Positions 58,655-64,000 of a stretch of DNA of 64,000 bases are shown here, piece after piece. The first letter of the stretch is position 1, and each line of letters begins with the position of its first letter. The notes under the pieces are model-generated. The model ran no database searches. It was given only the letters and a program-made list of their open reading frames with translations, and had not been told where the DNA came from. The position numbers were made by a program, and so were the translations under genes. This stretch comes from Bifidobacteriaceae bacterium. GTDB taxonomy: Bacteria; Actinomycetota; Actinomycetes; Actinomycetales; WQXJ01. The stretch is taken from contig JAITFE010000067.1 in the NCBI GenBank assembly GCA_031281585.1, forward strand, positions 22,499-86,498, given 5' to 3'.

Positions 58655-59878
58655 TCAGTCCTCGGGCGTCTCGTCAGCGGCACCGGCCAAGACGGCGGGA
58701 TTCCCCGCGACGTCGAAGCACTGGCCGTGCCAATCGAGGCCCGCAACGTGCGCGGCGTGGCTGATGGCGGCGTCCAAAAGGGCGTCGGCCTGCTCAATCG
58801 AGGACGGTTCCAATTCCTCAAATGAGCCGCCGCGCTGGTCAATAACCATGCGGGTCGGCCCCGCCTCGACCAGGTGGCAGTTGGCGCGTATGTAGAGTTC
58901 CGCGTTGGAGCGGGTGAGTCCGTTCAGAGCCAATGCCGCCAGCACTGCCCGCAGCGCCGCATCGCCCTCGGGCCCTTTGCCGAATCGGATTTGCCTGAGG
59001 GAAGCGAAGCTCACGACTTGGGTCCTGGTGACCGCGCGGCACGACACGGCCCCGAGTTGCGAGAGCGTCGGCGGGATCCCGCCGAATCCGAGCGCCGAGG
59101 CGCTGGCCTTTTCCCCAGCTTTCAGCTTGCGCGCGCCGTCAACGACCTTCTTGAAGGTGGCCGCGCTCAATTCGTCCTCCTGTTGTACGGCGAGGGCTTC
59201 CAACGTGGCGCCGTCCAACTGCGCGCTCATGCCGATCGGATCGACGCGCGCGCCGCCCTTCTTTGGCGTGGAACGCTCTGTCGCGCCGCCCTGGTCGGTC
59301 AGGACGCCGATGATCTCGCCGGTCACAACACTCGGCCAGCGGCCTTGCCTGGCCTTTCGCGAGGCGTCCCAGCTGCCTAAAGCAAGCGAACAGGGTGACA
59401 GGTTGAGCAGATCCCACGCGTTGGCGGGCGACGAGTCACGTGCCGCTCGGTAGGCCGCGTGCTGGGTCACCGGCTTTCCATCTACCGTGCCGGCGCGGAC
59501 GTGTGCGTCAAATGCGCGGTGAGGCAGTTCAAGGTCGGTGTAGCTCTCCACAAGACCGTCCCGCTCATAGGTCACCCGGATTCGCGGCAGGCGGCCGAGG
59601 ACGGCGTTCCCGTCATCGATGGCCTGCACAAGGGCGATCTCCATGCGGTTCCGGGAGGATTGGGCCGAGTCGATGAGGACCGTGTGGACGGCTTCCCCGT
59701 CTACGAAGCGCACTTCGTAGACGTAAGTGCCAAGGTCGCCTCGCGGCGACGCGTATTTTGCCGGGGCGATGGCCGCCTGCGGACCTGCGGCCGGCGCCAA
59801 CGGCGTGGTGGCGCTGAGGGCGCTGGGCCCCCCGGCCGAGGTGGCTTGCAGCAAGAGATTGAAATCGAGGTTTGCCAT
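58655..59878 (-). CDS. csb1: type I-G Csb1/Cas7g backbone RAMP protein
   Basis: 407 aa with PAKYA...VLIDSAQSSRNRMEIAL, resembling the Csb1/GSU0053 signature (DSvqSqaNR.E). It is the first gene of the operon, with AAGGAG 8 nt before the ATG. Confidence 0.75.
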   Translation of the reverse strand: MANLDFNLLLQATSAGGPSALSATTPLAPAAGPQAAIAPAKYASPRGDLGTYVYEVRFVDGEAVHTVLIDSAQSSRNRMEIALVQAIDDGNAVLGRLPRIRVTYERDGLVESYTDLELPHRAFDAHVRAGTVDGKPVTQHAAYRAARDSSPANAWDLLNLSPCSLALGSWDASRKARQGRWPSVVTGEIIGVLTDQGGATERSTPKKGGARVDPIGMSAQLDGATLEALAVQQEDELSAATFKKVVDGARKLKAGEKASASALGFGGIPPTLSQLGAVSCRAVTRTQVVSFASLRQIRFGKGPEGDAALRAVLAALALNGLTRSNAELYIRANCHLVEAGPTRMVIDQRGGSFEELEPSSIEQADALLDAAISHAAHVAGLDWHGQCFDVAGNPAVLAGAADETPED

Positions 59879-60004
59879 GATGGCAGCTCCTTAGATCGCT
59901 GGATCAAGTTGGCGCCGGTTGGTGCCGACTCCGAAGCTAGACGCCGCCTCTGACAGTCAAAAGAAACGTCGAGCTCGCCCCCAATAGACCAAACCCTACA
60001 CCAT

Positions 60005-60053
60005 GAATCCCAGTATATGGCAGACCACTTAGCGGCATGCTATGCTTGGGGTG
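60005..60053 (-). promoter_or_regulatory. putative cas-operon promoter region
   Basis: A TATACT -10-like hexamer lies on the minus strand at 60017-60012, about 134 nt upstream of the csb1 ATG. The adjacent 37 nt carry the seed match to the mini-array pseudo-spacer. No experimental support. Confidence 0.3.
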
Positions 60054-60193
60054 CCAGCTGGTCCTCATCTATCGGCTCGGAGCGGGAAAGGAAAGGGGTA
60101 CAGGCCAGTGCTCACTCGAACTGTTGTACTGGTGCGCCGGGTCGCTTGGGTCCGATGAGATCCCAAGCCACCCGGCGTCGAAGCAGCATTGCG

Positions 60194-60302
60194 CTGCGAA
60201 TGAAGGGCGCCCCGGCCTTGCAGGCGCTGCACCTTGGATGCCGCAAGACAAGAAGTGGTCGGCCATCCCTCAATGAAGGCTTCCTTGGCAGTCTACCCAC
60301 GG
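60194..60302 (-). CRISPR. degenerate two-repeat mini-array (psiR - 37-nt pseudo-spacer - psiR), possible regulatory crRNA-like gene
   Basis: 60267-60302 keeps cctcaatgaagg, which is 12 of 13 nt of the repeat end that forms the 5' handle. 60194-60229 keeps aatgaagggcgcc and a GCGCC/GGCGC stem. The units are 73 bp apart, equal to the array period, and in the same orientation as the main array. A weaker in-phase unit lies at 60121-60156. Confidence 0.6.
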
Positions 60303-60556
60303 GAACTCGCCGCAAGTTGGGCCGCGTCGGAACTAGTAATGAAATGGCAAAAGGCAGGACCTTGGCCTCTGTCTCGGGCAGTGGACACCACTTAAACGTG
60401 ACCATCAGATCACATGGCTATGACCTGCGGCTATGCCTCCCGTGCGCCCCGCGACTTGTTCGTGTGGCGAACATCACAGGCCGCGGGCCTACCTCGGCGC
60501 GCATGCGGCCGGTACGATTTACGGAAATTACTTAGCCAACGAAGGGGGAGTTGGTC

Positions 60557-60907
60557 ATGGCTGATAGGTCATTGCGGGGCAGCGGGATTGGGTTTCAGTC
60601 GCTGGAGTCCGAGGACGGCGTCGAGTTCGCTGAACGAGTCGAAGTGGCCTATGACTGCCCCGACGGCCACACGACCATCTTGCCCTTCGCCCTCGAAGCT
60701 GAAGTCCCGGACTATTGGCAATGCCGGTGCGGCATGGTGGCGATCCTCCGGGACGCGGTGAACCCGATCCTGCCGAAGGAGAAGCGCCAACGCAGCCACT
60801 GGGACATGCTGATGGAACGCCGCACGGTCGAGGAGCTCGAAGAGGTCCTCGCCGAACGACTCGGCGTTTTGCGCGCCCGCCGCGCCGAGCAAACCGTCGC
60901 CGCCTGA
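60557..60907 (+). CDS. rbpA: RNA polymerase-binding protein RbpA
   Basis: MADRSLRGSGIGFQSLESEDG...YDCPDGH...WQCRCG...SHWDMLMERRT is the characteristic RbpA sequence. GGGGGAG lies 6 nt before ATG 60557. Confidence 0.9.
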   Translation: MADRSLRGSGIGFQSLESEDGVEFAERVEVAYDCPDGHTTILPFALEAEVPDYWQCRCGMVAILRDAVNPILPKEKRQRSHWDMLMERRTVEELEEVLAERLGVLRARRAEQTVAA

Positions 60908-60946
60908 GGCGAAGGACCGCGCGGGGGCCGGGAAAGAACGCCCTGA

Positions 60947-62749
60947 TCAAGCGGTTGGCCGCCGGCGGCGGGCCGACTGGACCTTCGCCAGGCGCGCGCC
61001 CACCCCGGCGACTGCCAAGCCCAGCGGCCCGATCATCAAGGCCCAGCAGACCGCGTCCCCGATCCGCGTCGCGGGCGTGATGGAGGTCCGCAGGGGCAGG
61101 TCGGCTATGAAATAGGCGGGCTCATAGAGCGACGTCAAAGGGGTCAGCAGCGACCCATCCGGCGCGATCGCGGCCGAAACCCCAACGGTGGAAATCTGGA
61201 CGGTGGCGCGGCCGTGCTCAATGGCGCGCAGGCGCGCCATGGCGAACTGCTGCGTGGACTCCTCGCTGAAGCCGAAGGACGCGTTGTTGGTCTGCACCAC
61301 CACGACCTCGGCGCCCTCCCGCACCACGTCCGCGACGATCGAGTCGTAGGCGACCTCGAAGCAGATGATGTCCCCCAGTGCCACCTCGCGCCCAAGCGCG
61401 GCGCCGTCGAACCGCATCACCCCCACCTCGGAGCCGGGCAGCATGTCCGTGTTGATCAAGTCGACCTTGGAGGTGAAGAGCCGGAAGAACGACCGGGCGG
61501 GCATGTACTCCGCGAACGGCGCCGGATGGCGCTTCGCGTACACCTCCACCACGCCCAGCCCCGGCTGCCACAGCAAGCCCTGGTTGTACCGGTTGGAGCG
61601 GTTGACGTACTCCATGGCCCCGACCAGCACGGGCACGCCCAACTCATCGGCGGCGGCCTCGATCGAGGCGTACGCCTGCTCGTCGGTCCTGGGGTCTATG
61701 TCGGTCGAGTTCTCCGGCCATAGCACAATGTCGAGCCGCTCCCCCTTAGCGGCCACCTGGGCGGCCAACTCCCGGCTGACTTCCACATGGTTCTCAAGGA
61801 CCTCGCGCTGGCGAGCGAACAAACCCTCCGACGTCACCTCGACGTCGCCCTGCACCGCCCCGACCTTGAGCGACCCGCCCTGCGCTGCGGCGTTGATCGG
61901 CGCGGTCAACGGCAACAAGACCGCCGCCGCCGCCAGGGCAACAGCCCAGGCGAAGGTCCGCCAGCGCCCCCCGGACCCGCCGGGGCGCCCAGCCCGCGCA
62001 ACCCCCGAGCCCGCCCCCGCCGATGCCGCCGGGCCGCGCCGGGAGCCCTTCCCCGCCCCGCTCGCGGTGCCAGCCCCAGAACCGGTGCCAGAACCAGCTT
62101 TGGGACCGGCCGTGGAAGCTGTCCCGGCACTCCGCGCCGCATTCGCCGCGGCCGCGCGGGCCCGTGTTCCGCCCCCCGCCCTCGCAGGGCCCCGCCAGCG
62201 CGTCAGCGCCAGCACCGCCACGCCCAACGCCGACCCGGCCAAAGCCGCCGCCAATCCGACCAGCGGCACGCCGCCCAGCCAGGCCCAACGTGCCATGGGC
62301 CCGACGGCCTGGGTGAAACCGAGCCTCCCCCACGGGAACCCGCCGAACGGGAAGAACTGGCGGAAAGTGTCGGCGGCGGTGAAGGCGAGGGCGAACAGGA
62401 CGGCATCGGGCACGGAGGCCGAGCGGTCCCGCAACAGGAACCGGGCATACCCGTACAAGACCGCGCTCAAGGCCAGAAGCGCGGCGCTGGTCAAGCTGAG
62501 CGCCAAATACGGGAGCACGCCGGCGGCGTTGTAAGCCCAGGTGAGCATGGGCAGGAACTGGGCCAGCCCGAAGACCAAGGCGACCGCGAACCCCCGCCAG
62601 GGCCTGAGCGTCCGCAGCGTGAGATAGAGCAAAGCCAGCGCCGCTGGGGCGGCGAACCACCAACCCGCCGGGCGGAACGACAAATATGAGACGACTCCCG
62701 CGACCGCCGCGACAATCCAAACGGTCCAACGGGGTGGGGCAGCCGGCAT
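60947..62749 (-). CDS. lnt: apolipoprotein N-acyltransferase with a ~78-aa G/A/S-rich insertion
   Basis: Multi-TM N-terminal half followed by a CN-hydrolase domain (IVLWPENS, DIICFEVAYD). Confidence 0.85.
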   Translation of the reverse strand: MPAAPPRWTVWIVAAVAGVVSYLSFRPAGWWFAAPAALALLYLTLRTLRPWRGFAVALVFGLAQFLPMLTWAYNAAGVLPYLALSLTSAALLALSAVLYGYARFLLRDRSASVPDAVLFALAFTAADTFRQFFPFGGFPWGRLGFTQAVGPMARWAWLGGVPLVGLAAALAGSALGVAVLALTRWRGPARAGGGTRARAAAANAARSAGTASTAGPKAGSGTGSGAGTASGAGKGSRRGPAASAGAGSGVARAGRPGGSGGRWRTFAWAVALAAAAVLLPLTAPINAAAQGGSLKVGAVQGDVEVTSEGLFARQREVLENHVEVSRELAAQVAAKGERLDIVLWPENSTDIDPRTDEQAYASIEAAADELGVPVLVGAMEYVNRSNRYNQGLLWQPGLGVVEVYAKRHPAPFAEYMPARSFFRLFTSKVDLINTDMLPGSEVGVMRFDGAALGREVALGDIICFEVAYDSIVADVVREGAEVVVVQTNNASFGFSEESTQQFAMARLRAIEHGRATVQISTVGVSAAIAPDGSLLTPLTSLYEPAYFIADLPLRTSITPATRIGDAVCWALMIGPLGLAVAGVGARLAKVQSARRRRPTA

Positions 62750-63194
62750 GACGCCCGATCATACCGGCCCCGGCCAGCGTCCACCGGCCTAGTTCGCCCC
62801 AGCGCTCGGCCCGGCCTGGCTTCGGCCTCGACGCCAGCCCAGGTCCCGGTCCCGACCCGGCCCGGCCCGGCCCGGCCCAAGTCTCAACGCCACCCCGGCT
62901 TCGGCCCGAACGCCCGGCCGCCGGGGACAAGGAAAGGATCAAACGGCCCCGGACTCCAGACCGGCGAGGGGGCGGCGCCCGCTCACCCTTCGGACCAGGT
63001 CGAGCCTGTTTTCTACTGAGCGGCGGGCGCCGGCGCAGCCTAGGGCTAATACGCGGGGGGCGACTCGCTCAGCGTTGTCGCGGGACGATTACTCAAGCTG
63101 CACTAGGAAAGCTACTCGACACGCCGATGGATGCCAAACTGGCTGTGTCGCGCCTCGGCGTGTCTGAAGCTGAACTTCAAAGCCCGCCGCGAAG

Positions 63195-64000
63195 TCACAG
63201 GTCAGCGGCCACAACCCCGCGCCGCAGAGCGTTAATGGCGGCGTCCGCTACCTCAAATAGCCGCTCTTCGGGGGCAACGGCCCGGATATGGTCAAGAACG
63301 TCGATCAAGCGTGTCACCAGACGGACAAAATCTCCGGGCGAGAGCAAATCCGAGGTCAGCGTGCTAAGGAGGGTTCGCCCCGAGGCCCACCGCCACACCG
63401 TCGCGGACGCGGCCGGCTCCACCCCCTGCGAGGGCGCCAAAGAATGCCGCTCCTCCGCCTCGCGGATGCGCGCCCAAGCCTCCTCCTGGGCGCTGACCGC
63501 CTCCCTGATCGGGCGGCTCAGCGGCTCCACCGGCGGCGTCAGATCGCTCCTCGGCTCGTACACCAGCGCCGCCACGGCCGCCGCCAGGCCCGCCGGGTCG
63601 AGTCCGTTCCACACCCCCGAGCGCACGCATTCCGCCATCACCAAGTCCCGCTCGGCGTAGACCCGCGCCAGGATCCGGCCCGCCGCCGTGACGTGGCCGT
63701 CCTTCAGGTAGCCCAAGTCCTCCAGCACCGAGCTGACCCGGTCGAACTGCCGGGCCAAGGAGCCCGTGCGATTCTCCATTGAGCGGACCAGGCCGTTCCG
63801 CTGCCGCACCGCCTTCAGCCAGCGCCGTGCCCAGCGCGCGTGCGCCTCCCGGTCCGGGCAGTTGTGCACAGGGTGGGCTTTGAGCGCCGCCCGCAGCTCG
63901 GCGACGGTCGGCTCGGGTCCGTCCCCCGCGCCCGATGCCGTCCCCGTGCCCCCACCCTGACGCCCGGGGGCGGCCCCAATCGGATCGGCCCCGACCGGGT
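63195..64000 (-). CDS. helY: Ski2-like DEAD/DEAH helicase HelY, C-terminal part (5' end outside window)
   Basis: AALKAHPVHNCPDREAHARWARRW...FDRVSSVLEDLGYL matches the HelY C-terminal domain. The reading frame continues upstream of the listed Met to the window edge. Confidence 0.75.
   Translation of the reverse strand, partial: PVGADPIGAAPGRQGGGTGTASGAGDGPEPTVAELRAALKAHPVHNCPDREAHARWARRWLKAVRQRNGLVRSMENRTGSLARQFDRVSSVLEDLGYLKDGHVTAAGRILARVYAERDLVMAECVRSGVWNGLDPAGLAAAVAALVYEPRSDLTPPVEPLSRPIREAVSAQEEAWARIREAEERHSLAPSQGVEPAASATVWRWASGRTLLSTLTSDLLSPGDFVRLVTRLIDVLDHIRAVAPEERLFEVADAAINALRRGVVAADL

Noticed and set aside
60379-60396. A third ACCACTTA-containing site (agtggacaccacttaaacg) resembling the pseudo-spacer target, nearer rbpA.
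   Set aside because: It aligns to the pseudo-spacer only with a 1-nt gap. Ungapped identity is poor, so it is unlikely to be a Cascade target and is probably a chance 8-mer.
62858-62882. Short (cccgg)n pentanucleotide run upstream of lnt.
   Set aside because: It has only ~4 units in GC-rich intergenic DNA, with no evident function or coding consequence.
62974-63031. Imperfect inverted repeat ggcgcccgctca ... tgagcggcgggcgcc downstream of helY, a possible terminator.
   Set aside because: It has a 31-nt loop, a bulged stem and no U-tract. The evidence is insufficient to call it a terminator.

Overview
High-GC (about 68-70%) actinobacterial chromosome segment; RbpA, an LPXTG sortase substrate, Lnt and HelY support that assignment. 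Calls come from reading the sequence and ORF track by eye, with no database search. Start codons are often re-assigned from the longest ORF and are approximate.

Layout:
- 1-10.9 kb: conserved core. Metal ABC transporter (ATPase plus ZnuA/TroA-type lipoprotein with a Fur/Zur-like palindrome), glyQS, dus, an FtsX-type ABC pair, dgt, dnaG, tRNA-Asn and tRNA-Met.
- 10.9-35.3 kb: variable region starting directly at the tRNA-Met 3' end with a decayed IS5-family transposase. It holds a peptidase fragment, a PLP trans-sulfuration enzyme, a 1386-aa LPXTG surface protein, a serpin, a GT-C-like membrane protein, an EamA transporter, ogt, an oxidoreductase, an ECF sigma factor, a toxin-antitoxin-like pair and two paralogous beta-propeller proteins. 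It also holds a response regulator / histidine kinase / ABC module flanked and interrupted by three different tandem-repeat structures.
- 35.6-46.7 kb: PaaI thioesterase, a PaaZ-like aldehyde dehydrogenase lacking both catalytic residues, a MoxR-DUF58-VWA (Bat-like) operon, an isochorismatase and an FAD/Fe-S oxidoreductase.
- 46.9-59.9 kb: complete-looking type I-G (formerly I-U) CRISPR-Cas locus with about 57 repeats of 36 nt.
- 60.5-64 kb: rbpA, lnt and the 3' part of helY.

Most interesting observation: a degenerate two-unit mini-array lies on the far side of the cas operon (60194-60302). Its pseudo-spacer matches the putative cas promoter at spacer positions 1-5 and 7-14 only. That is the architecture of CreA/CreR-type CRISPR-derived regulatory RNAs.

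Other items worth a second look:
- a strictly 31-bp-phased array of six direct plus three inverted 21-bp motifs at 31559-31866;
- four to five 61-62-bp tandem copies of the histidine-kinase 3' end sitting in the ABC-transporter promoter region;
- a second Fur/Zur-like box upstream of the giant surface protein.
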